Shown here: positions 28,856 to 38,306 of the stretch, piece by piece
How the letters are laid out: every line of letters starts with the position of its first letter
Position numbering within the stretch: position 1 is the stretch's first letter
IMG/VR virus record: IMGVR_UViG_3300028920_000068
Span: 6,427 to 70,426 of that record
Direction: 5' to 3' (one strand)
Length of the DNA: 64,000 nt
Origin: a virus
The notes under the pieces: model-generated
What the model saw: only the letters and a program-made list of their open reading frames with translations
Databases searched by the model: none
What the model was told of the DNA's origin: nothing
Position numbers and translations under genes: made by a program

Positions 28856-29115
28856 CACCATCTTTTATTCCGTCTGAATATTTATTAATTACAAGAGGTA
28901 TACAATCACCTTCTAAAAAAACTATGACTCTTATAATTTCTGCTAAATCTACAGGAGATTATTTGGGTGTCATTAAATGGTACGGGGCTTGGAGACGATA
29001 TTGTTTTTATCCAGCAAATATGACTGTATTTTCTTCTGGATGTCTTAAAGATATTCAAAACTGTTTAGATAAATTGATGAATGAAAGAAAAACCAAATGC
29101 GAAACAAAAAATTAG
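28852..29115 (+). CDS. Hypothetical phage protein
   Basis: LGVIKWYGAWRRYCFYP...CLKDI, a common phage family pattern. Confidence 0.6.
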   Translation: MTPSFIPSEYLLITRGIQSPSKKTMTLIISAKSTGDYLGVIKWYGAWRRYCFYPANMTVFSSGCLKDIQNCLDKLMNERKTKCETKN

Positions 29116-29504
29116 AAAAGTACGTTAAACGCTATACCGGGGTTTCCTTAAAAGTCATTACTCAAAAATGGTTCTGGGGTGGTTACGGGGCTAAATATCA
29201 ATCTAAAGGAATTTTGTATATTCGAGAAGATCTTTTAAATTTTAAACCTTTAATTTGGCATGAAATGGGACATCTTATGGATGGAGCAGAAGATTGGGTT
29301 GAAAATGAAGTCAAAGCTCAACTCGCTGTTTTTAAAAAATTGAAGGATCTTGGTTATGAAAAAATTTATCGAGATTCCTTAATGTGGGTAACTGTTCGTT
29401 GGGGCAATCAAAACAATGAAAATAACAGAAATTATGCCAAGGCCCGAAAAAGAATTCTCGCCGCTATTATTCAAAATCCAAAAAAATATGCTTTCTTTGA
29501 TTAA
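29097..29504 (+). CDS. Small zincin-like protein
   Basis: WHEMGHL...EVKA. Confidence 0.55.
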   Translation: MRNKKLEKYVKRYTGVSLKVITQKWFWGGYGAKYQSKGILYIREDLLNFKPLIWHEMGHLMDGAEDWVENEVKAQLAVFKKLKDLGYEKIYRDSLMWVTVRWGNQNNENNRNYAKARKRILAAIIQNPKKYAFFD

Positions 29505-29518
29505 GGATCTTTAAAATA

Positions 29519-29776
29519 ATGAAAACTCGAGTCGTTCATTGCAAACGTGAACCCTATGATGTCTATATTGGCCGACCCTCTAAATGGGGCAACCCCTTTA
29601 TTATCGGCAAAGACGGGTCTCGAGAAGAAGTGATCCAGAAATATCGTACCTACCTTTTATCCCATCCAAATCTTCTAAAAGATCTTCTAAGTCTTAAAGG
29701 CAAGGTTTTAGGGTGCTGGTGTGCGCCAAAGCCCTGTCATGGTGATGTTTTAGTAGAAATCTTAGAATCTCTCTGA
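29519..29776 (+). CDS. DUF4326 domain protein
   Basis: YDVYIGRPSKWGNPF...LKGKVLGCWCAPKPCHGDVL. Confidence 0.9.
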   Translation: MKTRVVHCKREPYDVYIGRPSKWGNPFIIGKDGSREEVIQKYRTYLLSHPNLLKDLLSLKGKVLGCWCAPKPCHGDVLVEILESL

Positions 29777-29779
29777 GAG

Positions 29780-29980
29780 CCTCTGTAAGCCGTTTTCTTA
29801 TTATAAGCCACCCAGTACTGGAAAAAGCCCTGATCGTCTGTCTCAGACGAACTGGGCCTCAACCATACCATAAATTGACCGGAATGGGGCCACAGTACTG
29901 TAATCACCCGGCTGACAGAGCCGGGAGAGCCGAGGGCCGGGGAAACCCCGGGCCGAGGCTGTCTCACGGAAGAGTTTCTG
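29780..29980. other. GC-rich hairpin cluster at the convergence of the two gene arms
   Basis: Palindromes CCAGTACTGG and ACAGTACTGT; hairpins TCGTCTG/CAGACGA, CCCGGCT/AGCCGGG, CCGGGG/CCCCGG. Confidence 0.6.
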
Positions 29981-29984
29981 GTAA

Positions 29985-30061
29985 TAAAAAAGCCCGGGTA
30001 TTCCTACTTTACGGTCTAGCCGTATTTCAGATCCCGAGCTCCGAGCAGGTATTCCTACTCC
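29985..30061 (-). terminator. Structured 3' element / terminator of the late arm
   Basis: On the - strand GCTCGGG...CCCGGGC closes a branched structure followed by TTTTTT. Confidence 0.55.
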
Positions 30062-30063
30062 AA

Positions 30064-30249
30064 TTATACATTAAACATTCTTTGGGCCTGCAAGTCATTT
30101 GGATGTTTTTCCATGTGCCGTGCCCGTCTTTTTCTTTTATTATCCTCAGTTCTTGCTCGCTGGCGGACATATTTACCAGTAGCTTGATTATGAGCTTGAC
30201 GGCGTGCTTTGGCTTTATTTCCAAATCTTGCCTTTTGTCTATGCGCCAT
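30064..30249 (-). CDS. Small, very basic (Arg/Lys/His-rich) protein
   Basis: Strong SD GGAGGTGA 6 nt upstream of ATG; 61 aa. Confidence 0.65.
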   Translation of the reverse strand: MAHRQKARFGNKAKARRQAHNQATGKYVRQRARTEDNKRKRRARHMEKHPNDLQAQRMFNV

Positions 30250-30317
30250 GATGTGTCACCTCCCTTCAGTAACTACATCACGGCAAAACCTCCTGTTAAA
30301 ATCATACGACCTCCTCT

Positions 30318-30512
30318 TTATTTCTTTCCCGATCCCGGACGTTCTTTTCTTCGCATTTCTCCACCACATTTAGGACATTTAATATCCTTACAATGCTTTG
30401 AAGTCTTCTTTGTATGACCACAATCCACACATTCACAATTATGTGTTTCCCTTAAATCCTGATAAGGTCTACGCTTTTTAATAATATTAGTAAAAAATTT
30501 TTCAGCACTCAT
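30318..30512 (-). CDS. Small zinc-binding protein (CxCxxC...CxxxxCPxC)
   Basis: SD AAGGGG; Cys-rich. Confidence 0.65.
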   Translation of the reverse strand: MSAEKFFTNIIKKRRPYQDLRETHNCECVDCGHTKKTSKHCKDIKCPKCGGEMRRKERPGSGKK

Positions 30513-30527
30513 TTAATTCCCCTTATT

Positions 30528-30716
30528 TTAAGAATTTAATTTTTCAATATCTACTGTTAAAAGTTTTTTCTTATCCTCAACCGATTTTGAAAGAAGTTGC
30601 TTATCTACCGATTCTCTAATTTGATTTTCTGCAATCTTTTTTAAATAAGCCTCAATATCAGATAAACCTAAATCCATTAAGGCCTGAATTTCTTCTTGAG
30701 TTAAATTAATTTCCAT
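30528..30716 (-). CDS. Hypothetical protein (possible fibre-associated)
   Basis: SD AAGGGGG; follows the fibre gene. Confidence 0.5.
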   Translation of the reverse strand: MEINLTQEEIQALMDLGLSDIEAYLKKIAENQIRESVDKQLLSKSVEDKKKLLTVDIEKLNS

Positions 30717-30734
30717 TTTTACACCCCCTTAAAG

Positions 30735-32468
30735 TTATGATAAAGCATAATAAGGAACCGCTTTTTGTCCTCCATCAATAGTCATACCAAGAAATCCATC
30801 AGGAGCATCTGTTGTTGGATCTTTCGTTGAAGATACCGTACATCCATCAAATCTTATACATCTTCCTGAGCCGTCAACAGGAGTACCGTTATTATCTAAA
30901 TAAAGTATATATTTTCCACTTGCTAAATTTCCATTTTGTTTCAAATGCAACAAATTACCAATTCCATCGGCCTCTAATAATGTATTATCAGCAGTTGCCA
31001 AACTACTATCCTGCATTACATATAAAAGAGGATTATTTACTTGTGGTGCATTTGAATATATTAAACAGGCCGCAGTAAGCGTCCCGGATTTGATAACACC
31101 TGCCGAAACAATTTCTACAACAGTACCTGTTCCCACATTATCAAAACGTGCCATATTAGCTGTCGACGATGAATTATTATTCCGAATATTTACGAGATAA
31201 GAATTAATCTGTATTGCATTACTATAAATATACAAAGCATATCTATTCGCAGCCAAAACACCGTTTTGAGTAAGAAGTAAGTTCGTTCCAGAACCATCAT
31301 TATATATTTCTACCACACCTGCTGTAGACGAAACATGATCTTGAACAATTCTGGCTAACAAAGAATCATTATTTTGTATAGCACTAGAAGAAAGATCAAA
31401 AGCATACCTCCCAGAATCAAGAACTCCACCAACAAGAATATTTAAACATCTCCCTCTACCACCACCACTTATTCGTACTACATCACTGAGAGAATTAGCA
31501 TGTGTTAATTGAAACATTGCTAATTGTGCATCCCCATCTGTTTGTTCAACATCAGACAATGCAAATAATCCTCGCTTGCCTGAAGCCAAAGCAACATCTA
31601 TTTTAATATATACACCATGCTTATCGGATAAAGCATTTACAATATTCAATCTCCCATCGGGATTATCGGTTCCTATCCCAACCTTACCTTCCTTTAAAAC
31701 TAGTGTATTTACAACAGCAGAGGCAGCAACAGATTGAAAAACTGCAACTGAATTTTGATTAATAGAAACATTATCGCTTCCATCAACAGCAACTACACCA
31801 GAATCTAATTGTGTATCTGTATTTTGACTATGCTTTAATGAAATAGCACTCGCTATATCCGCATCAGCCTTTACTGTTGCTAATGATACCGAATTTTCTT
31901 CGACACCATCTAATTTATTTTTTAAATCCGTAGTAAAAGCCTCTTCAATAGCATCTAAAGTTCCTTTATTACTATGGGTATGCTCATTAGCTACAGCATC
32001 CGTTGTATCTAAATTAGGAACATTAGATAATCCAACATCTATCTTATCTACGCCATGAGGATTATTCAAATCTTCTATATGATCTTTAACTTCTTCTGCT
32101 GTTTTACTATTGCCCTCACCATCATCCAAACTTTCGGCCTTATCTACAATACCATCATCATCAGTATCATATACTGATTTTTTCATATCACCAGCAGATG
32201 CGCTAAATTCTTTTCTTCCTTCTAAAGAATAAGAAATCACCGCTGTACCAGTCGAGGCTTTAAATCGGATCTTAGTACAGTCATAATTATCCGTAAGAAC
32301 ATCTCCAGAATTACCCGTCTGTTGACGTACCCACGAAGTATCATCGTAAACTTCCACAATAACACTACCAGAAATAATATGCAGACCCCATTCACTAATA
32401 ACAAAATCTGGCTCCACAACTGTATAAGTAGTAGTTAAATTTTCTGTATTATCTCTTAAAAACCGCAT
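30735..32468 (-). CDS. Tail fibre / receptor-binding protein
   Basis: GDMKKSVYDTDDDGIVDKA, NPHGV...VGLSNV, GKVGIGTDNP and a C-terminal beta-repeat region. Confidence 0.75.
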   Translation of the reverse strand: MRFLRDNTENLTTTYTVVEPDFVISEWGLHIISGSVIVEVYDDTSWVRQQTGNSGDVLTDNYDCTKIRFKASTGTAVISYSLEGRKEFSASAGDMKKSVYDTDDDGIVDKAESLDDGEGNSKTAEEVKDHIEDLNNPHGVDKIDVGLSNVPNLDTTDAVANEHTHSNKGTLDAIEEAFTTDLKNKLDGVEENSVSLATVKADADIASAISLKHSQNTDTQLDSGVVAVDGSDNVSINQNSVAVFQSVAASAVVNTLVLKEGKVGIGTDNPDGRLNIVNALSDKHGVYIKIDVALASGKRGLFALSDVEQTDGDAQLAMFQLTHANSLSDVVRISGGGRGRCLNILVGGVLDSGRYAFDLSSSAIQNNDSLLARIVQDHVSSTAGVVEIYNDGSGTNLLLTQNGVLAANRYALYIYSNAIQINSYLVNIRNNNSSSTANMARFDNVGTGTVVEIVSAGVIKSGTLTAACLIYSNAPQVNNPLLYVMQDSSLATADNTLLEADGIGNLLHLKQNGNLASGKYILYLDNNGTPVDGSGRCIRFDGCTVSSTKDPTTDAPDGFLGMTIDGGQKAVPYYALS

Positions 32469-32532
32469 ATAAACCCCTTAATAAATATAAATAATAGCCC
32501 AACCACATGCCCCTAAAATACCAACCCACATA

Positions 32533-35067
32533 TTATCGCCTCTTATATCTTTCGGTTTCATCAATTAAGCTTAATTTAGACAAAACCTCATTTTCACTAC
32601 TAGACCGTTCTCTCATAATATCGAAGAAAGGTAAGGCCCCATAAACTTTATTTGACAATTCAACCACAGTTCTTTTTTCAGGAACCCGATAAGTAATACC
32701 ATAACAAATTAAATTATTTGTCTCCGTAGAACTTAAATCGGTTCCGGCAATAGATACTTTAGACAATAAATAAATTTCAGTATCTAAACCATCTAACAAT
32801 AATGTTCCACCATAGACGGGTTTATAAAAAGACTTGATTTGTTCTATATACTGTCTCATTAAAACAGTATCGTCTATAGAACCCAAAGGACTAATTACTT
32901 TTTTAAATTCTGGCCGTTTAATCACCTCTGTCCCACCAAATAAACCCGTATCCTTAATGACTTGTATAGGCTCTAAACTTCTCTTTGCATACGTTACGGA
33001 AAAGGTAAATGTAGTGTTACCCGGATCAGATAAATCTTTTGGTAAAATAGTCCCCGTAGGTAATTGATTCAAATCAAAATAAGATAAAATCTTACTCCCG
33101 GATACCGAAGACTGAAAATAACTTATAGGTAATTCAATGTTCGTTGTAGATATTACTCCAGAAGATAATTTTGTAGAAATAGTCACCGATACTTTAGCCG
33201 AAGCCCCTTGATCGGACAATAATTTTTCCAAAAAAGGTTCTACTGAAGAAAAAGAAAAATAATAAAATTTAGTATAACCATAAATATTAACATCTTTATA
33301 ATACCAATAAAAACCCGTACCAGCATTTTCAGGATTAACCGGGCCCACAGCCCTATATTTACCAATAGCTGTTCTTTCCTCTAAACCATAGCTGCCCGTA
33401 AGTACAAGCCTACTCCTAGAGCGAGACACATCAGCAATCGGCTCAAATCTTTCAATGGATACCTCTTCCAATTTATCGCCTACAGTATATGTTTTTACAT
33501 TAGAGAGAGAATCCGTAGCTCGCACATTTAATCTACCATGACGGTCTATATAATAGACATACTTTCCAAAAAATTTCACAACCCATTCTAATACACCCCG
33601 CAAATCTTGATAAATCCATTCAGTTGGCGGAGCCGCATAATTTGGAATATCAACAATAGCGTCAGGTAAACCACCAATATTTAAAATCTCTTTTAAAACT
33701 CGATCATAAGTTTTAAATGTTCCCGTTTGGCCGGGCTGAGGCGGCTGGTATAAATAATAAGACGGGCTATATAATTGATCTAAGAAATAAGATAGATCTC
33801 GACATTCATAAACTATTTCTTTAGTCTGCCCCGTTAAACGTCGTCTACGTCCAATTACAAAACCTGTAAAAATAGGTTGACTATAATTATTTTCATTAAA
33901 AATATAGGCATAAATTTTCTCGCTCAACGCCAGTGATGGAACCGCATCATATTCTACGACCTCCACTACAGTCATAGAACTTCCTTCCACATCTAAACGA
34001 ATTTCTTCAATATAAATAGAATCACTCTTAGGAAAAACACCCGAAGCAGTAACCACTCCGCTTCCAGCAGAAACTAAACTATTATAATTTGATCCAGTTA
34101 AATAAATAGAATCAAATGGAAGCCTAGTATTTCCGTATAAAGTGTTTATTGGGTTTGAGCCTTGAGAAGTGGAACCTGATCCGGTTGACCCCGAAGTGCC
34201 GCTAAAACCTTCCGTATCCTCTAAATCTGGAAGTTGAGGACTTTCTTCCACCACAGTTTCTTCTGGGTTAGTTAAAACACCTGTTCTGGGAAATACCCAG
34301 ACTTTTAAATACATAGGAATAGATCTTGAGTTAGACGTACAAGTATTTAAAGATAAATCATGCGCCGTTTCATTAAAATTTAATCCGGCATCATCATCTG
34401 TTATTCCATCTATTGTCCATGTATTAGTATATTGAAATGGAATATTAGAACCGCCCGGGCCATAAGGTACTAATCTTTCATAAGAAGTCTGTTCTTTATT
34501 AAAAGACCATAAATCTCCGGTAATTTCTTCACCAGTATGGCTCGTATCTCTATAATAATTATTCAACTCATCTAAATCAATAATACCTTCGCTAACCAAA
34601 TCTATACAATTATCACCAATACTATTACAAAATCTTACAGCCAAAATATCATAATCGGCGGCAGGATAAGTGGCCCTCACTTGAACCATAGTATCTTCCC
34701 AATCAATTTCTGGTGTAACATCAGTCAATTGCCAAGCCACCTCACCAGAAACATGAACATAATTCCATGAAAGATATGGGCGATAAATAGCCGCAAAAGA
34801 TCTTCTAAAGAAAAAACCAGAACCATTCTGCCATTTACAGACCTGCCTACTCACAGAAGTACTACCGCCATTAGTCCAAGCCCCTAAAGATTCTGAAGTC
34901 CCGGGTGTGGCTACCGAAGAAACATTAGAAACTAAATCCTCTGGCGAAGTTAATAAAATAGATGTGATAGTTTTAGATCTCCATCTTAGCGTAGCAATAA
35001 CAGGATTCGCTAAAAAAGTTCTAAAACCAGAATTTTCTTGTGATAAATCAGTTTTTACTTCAGACAT
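32533..35067 (-). CDS. Tail tip / baseplate hub-like protein
   Basis: Position after tape measure/Dit; FTG..., YECRDL, YYIDRHGRL hub-like motifs; Ser/Gly linker. Confidence 0.6.
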   Translation of the reverse strand: MSEVKTDLSQENSGFRTFLANPVIATLRWRSKTITSILLTSPEDLVSNVSSVATPGTSESLGAWTNGGSTSVSRQVCKWQNGSGFFFRRSFAAIYRPYLSWNYVHVSGEVAWQLTDVTPEIDWEDTMVQVRATYPAADYDILAVRFCNSIGDNCIDLVSEGIIDLDELNNYYRDTSHTGEEITGDLWSFNKEQTSYERLVPYGPGGSNIPFQYTNTWTIDGITDDDAGLNFNETAHDLSLNTCTSNSRSIPMYLKVWVFPRTGVLTNPEETVVEESPQLPDLEDTEGFSGTSGSTGSGSTSQGSNPINTLYGNTRLPFDSIYLTGSNYNSLVSAGSGVVTASGVFPKSDSIYIEEIRLDVEGSSMTVVEVVEYDAVPSLALSEKIYAYIFNENNYSQPIFTGFVIGRRRRLTGQTKEIVYECRDLSYFLDQLYSPSYYLYQPPQPGQTGTFKTYDRVLKEILNIGGLPDAIVDIPNYAAPPTEWIYQDLRGVLEWVVKFFGKYVYYIDRHGRLNVRATDSLSNVKTYTVGDKLEEVSIERFEPIADVSRSRSRLVLTGSYGLEERTAIGKYRAVGPVNPENAGTGFYWYYKDVNIYGYTKFYYFSFSSVEPFLEKLLSDQGASAKVSVTISTKLSSGVISTTNIELPISYFQSSVSGSKILSYFDLNQLPTGTILPKDLSDPGNTTFTFSVTYAKRSLEPIQVIKDTGLFGGTEVIKRPEFKKVISPLGSIDDTVLMRQYIEQIKSFYKPVYGGTLLLDGLDTEIYLLSKVSIAGTDLSSTETNNLICYGITYRVPEKRTVVELSNKVYGALPFFDIMRERSSSENEVLSKLSLIDETERYKRR

Positions 35068-35075
35068 ATTAATTC

Positions 35076-37892
35076 CTATTCCGTTGGCCCATCAGGATTA
35101 GCTCCCCAATCCTCTGATGAAACCGCTAAATTTAAAGAATCACTTTGATGGATTTCTCCCGATTCCAAAGTTATTTCAGCCACAGCCGTTTGATCGACTC
35201 CACCAATAGATTCTCTTAATTCAATTTCTTTAACCTGTACTTCAGCACCACCAGAACTATCCGTAACATAGAGCCTATAAAAAGCATACGCCGTTGCATT
35301 TAAAAACGAGTATACTTTAGGCCCATCATCCGTCCAAGATTCCCCACTAACTGTATGTATATCAGTCCAATTAACGGCATCATTCGAACCTTGAATTTTA
35401 AAATCTTTTGGAGTTCGGTTTACATCTCCAGAATATCTGGAAGTAATAGCTACTTCGACAATTACCCTTCTATCACTTTGACCAAATTCATAACGAGTCC
35501 AAGCGGGCAATCCAGCAGATCCCCAAAAAGTAGAACCATTATCATCCCAAGCAGCCGAAGCTATGCCACTATCAGAGATAGTATTATCTCGAGTCACTGC
35601 CAATGTACGCCAGATATTATAGACAACTTTCTGATAATCTAAATCAAAACTTATATCCCGACCCGCTACATCAAAAATTTTAATTTCTATATCTTTATCA
35701 GAATCCAAGAGTACCCGAACCTTATTATCTTCAAATAAAGATTTTGCCCCACTATTTACCGCTATAGTATAAGAGCCAAAATCAGCAGAAGTCGTGTTCA
35801 TAGAAAAATCTACCGCCCACAGGCGGATTAAATCTGGAAATAAATCAGAATAATCCCCAAAACCCGGGGTATCATTTACAATAATCTTCATTACAAAATC
35901 ACTTAATAAAGTATCAAAACCAAAAATCGCTTTATATTGAGTAGCATAACTATATTCAGCAAAATCAAAATCAGCTAAAGAATAAGAAGACCCGGCGTAT
36001 TCAAAAGCCTCTCCATTCCAAAAAAACGTGCCTGCGGCAATATCTATTTCCTTATTTCCAGTATCCAAAGAAAAAGAATCCAAACCATCTACAACAGGAA
36101 TATAAACAGTATCTTTTAATACAGCGTCCTCATAAACCTCAATTCTATCCAAAGGAACCACATCATTATAAGTCACTTCAGCATATTCACCCCGCCATAA
36201 TACAGAGGCATCAATTGGATCAGTTAAATACAACAGACTTATATCTTCCTCTATAATTTCATTCTCAATTTGATATTGAATCTTTATATTAACTGTGCCA
36301 TGAGACTGTCCAGAAAAATCCACTGTGATATTTTGTCCAGACAATCCACTCCAATCAGACCAAGAACTTCCGCTATCAAAACTATACCGATAAGCCGTAG
36401 GAGAAATGTATACTTTCATATCCTGAGAAGTCGTAGTTACATATCTTGGATACTCAGCCAATGCTGGCGCAACTTTAGGTTTTAATTTAAAAGAATGATA
36501 TTTATCTTGATAATCCTGAACTTGAATCTCTAAAGACTGTGCTAAATTAGTCACATAAGGATTAATCTTCAATCTACTATTTAGAAAAATTCCATCTTCG
36601 ATAGAATAGGTAGCGTCCGTATATTCCTGATTAATATCTAAAATTTTGGCATAAGCCACTGATTTAATTGGTTGATTAAAATCTATAGTCCAATAATCCG
36701 CAGTTTCAAATAAGTATTCTTTATTAATACCGAAAAACCAAATATCATTTAAAAGATTAGAATAAAATAACTCTTCCATTTCAAAAGGAAAAGTCATTAA
36801 ATACATATTAACTTTTAAATCCTCGGCTCCAGTTGCTACCGACGTTACTTTTATCTGAAAAGTTTCGGTTGGATCAAGCATCTGAGTTAAATCAAAATAT
36901 TTAATTTTCTGATAGTTAGACCCATCCGCAGATACAGTAATAGTATCTTTTAATACCTCATTGGCATAAATTTCAATAATAGTATTACCAGAAGATCCGG
37001 TATCTTTTAAATAAATAGAATAACCTACGGTACACCCAGAAATAGTCATAGGAACACTACTGTCTATGACACCGGGCTCAGAAAAATAAAAAGGATAATT
37101 AATAATATTAGGTAAGAATTTAGATGGTAAAAGAGCTTTCCATTGAAGCTCTGGGGATAACGAAACCGTATTGACTGTCTCCCATTGTAAAGCTGGAGTT
37201 AAAGTCTGCTCACCAATAGCATACCATTCTAAAGAGGGGTTTTTTTGAAGCCGATCATAACCAAATTCTTGAGTGGTTGGCGTAAAGTCACTGGTATAAC
37301 GGGCAACATTACTAACTCTAATTTCATCCATCCAACCATTATAAAACTGAGAGGGAGCCGTAACCTCAGCACCAACCATAATCCCATTAGCATGATTAGG
37401 CGTACCAATAGATCGACCATCTGTGGTTGAACCTTTAGACACACCATCAATATAGATTGTCCAAGTATTACCACTACGAACAAAAGCAATATGCTGCCAA
37501 GTACCTGTACTTAAGCCGGAAGAAGTTGTCGCTAAAACAATGGAAGTTGCGCCCCAAATTCGGGCCTCTCCAGAACTAATAAAAAACTGCCAAGCACCAG
37601 CAGCCGTACTAAACGCCCAAATATTACCATTCGAAGAAATATTATTAGGATGAATAAACGCTTCTATAGTAAAGTCACTTGTACCAAAGGCAAAATCGGC
37701 ATGATTATTTAATTTCAAACGAGCATCAGAGCCATTAAATAAACCAGAGGCCCCCTGAAACTTATATTGTGCTGTATCAATCTGTACCGCACCCTGAGCA
37801 ACCACAGTCCTACCGTAATTAGAGGCATCTGGAAAAGACGTAGAACCGTCCAAACCATTATTATGTAATAATACTAAGGTATTATTATCCAT
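35076..37892 (-). CDS. Tail protein with N-terminal LamG/ConA-like and C-terminal discoidin (F5/8)-like domains
   Basis: DFTIEAFI...WQHIAFVR...GWMDEIRVS; PKDFKIQGSND...AFYRLYVT. Confidence 0.75.
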   Translation of the reverse strand: MDNNTLVLLHNNGLDGSTSFPDASNYGRTVVAQGAVQIDTAQYKFQGASGLFNGSDARLKLNNHADFAFGTSDFTIEAFIHPNNISSNGNIWAFSTAAGAWQFFISSGEARIWGATSIVLATTSSGLSTGTWQHIAFVRSGNTWTIYIDGVSKGSTTDGRSIGTPNHANGIMVGAEVTAPSQFYNGWMDEIRVSNVARYTSDFTPTTQEFGYDRLQKNPSLEWYAIGEQTLTPALQWETVNTVSLSPELQWKALLPSKFLPNIINYPFYFSEPGVIDSSVPMTISGCTVGYSIYLKDTGSSGNTIIEIYANEVLKDTITVSADGSNYQKIKYFDLTQMLDPTETFQIKVTSVATGAEDLKVNMYLMTFPFEMEELFYSNLLNDIWFFGINKEYLFETADYWTIDFNQPIKSVAYAKILDINQEYTDATYSIEDGIFLNSRLKINPYVTNLAQSLEIQVQDYQDKYHSFKLKPKVAPALAEYPRYVTTTSQDMKVYISPTAYRYSFDSGSSWSDWSGLSGQNITVDFSGQSHGTVNIKIQYQIENEIIEEDISLLYLTDPIDASVLWRGEYAEVTYNDVVPLDRIEVYEDAVLKDTVYIPVVDGLDSFSLDTGNKEIDIAAGTFFWNGEAFEYAGSSYSLADFDFAEYSYATQYKAIFGFDTLLSDFVMKIIVNDTPGFGDYSDLFPDLIRLWAVDFSMNTTSADFGSYTIAVNSGAKSLFEDNKVRVLLDSDKDIEIKIFDVAGRDISFDLDYQKVVYNIWRTLAVTRDNTISDSGIASAAWDDNGSTFWGSAGLPAWTRYEFGQSDRRVIVEVAITSRYSGDVNRTPKDFKIQGSNDAVNWTDIHTVSGESWTDDGPKVYSFLNATAYAFYRLYVTDSSGGAEVQVKEIELRESIGGVDQTAVAEITLESGEIHQSDSLNLAVSSEDWGANPDGPTE

Positions 37893-37904
37893 TAATCACC
37901 TTTC

Positions 37905-38291
37905 TTATAAAGACTTCACAAACTTAAACAAAAAACTGTTTGATTTCTGATCCTCTCCCGACGGAGTAAAACTTTCAAGATAACAATCCGCCAAAGTCAT
38001 TGTACCATTTTCATCAGATATTTTCAAATCGCCTTTTTCAGCCAAAGTAAATTGAGTATTCAAATTATAAAAAAATTGTTCCAGAGCAAATCTACTATCT
38101 TTAGCAACAAAAGCATTAACTGTAATGATCCAATAACCGCCACCTAAATCATCCGTACTTCTAATCTTTACACCTGTAGCTTCTGGAATAATCCTTACTT
38201 CATTATTCCCTTGATATTCAAAATTAACATAAGCATAATCGCCCACATCAATATCTTTCCATTTAACCCTTTTAGTTGCGCCAACCGACAT
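37905..38291 (-). CDS. Putative distal tail protein
   Basis: Immediately downstream of tape measure. Confidence 0.5.
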   Translation of the reverse strand: MSVGATKRVKWKDIDVGDYAYVNFEYQGNNEVRIIPEATGVKIRSTDDLGGGYWIITVNAFVAKDSRFALEQFFYNLNTQFTLAEKGDLKISDENGTMTLADCYLESFTPSGEDQKSNSFLFKFVKSL

Positions 38292-38306
38292 AATAATAAT
38301 CCTTTA

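Noticed and set aside
29828-30040. Hammerhead ribozyme (CTGA...GAA words near stems)
   Set aside because: The core consensus CUGANGA...GAAA...UH is not met on either strand.
29875-30417. 180-aa + strand ORF
   Set aside because: Runs through the hairpin cluster and antisense to two SD-supported - strand genes; the translation is not protein-like.
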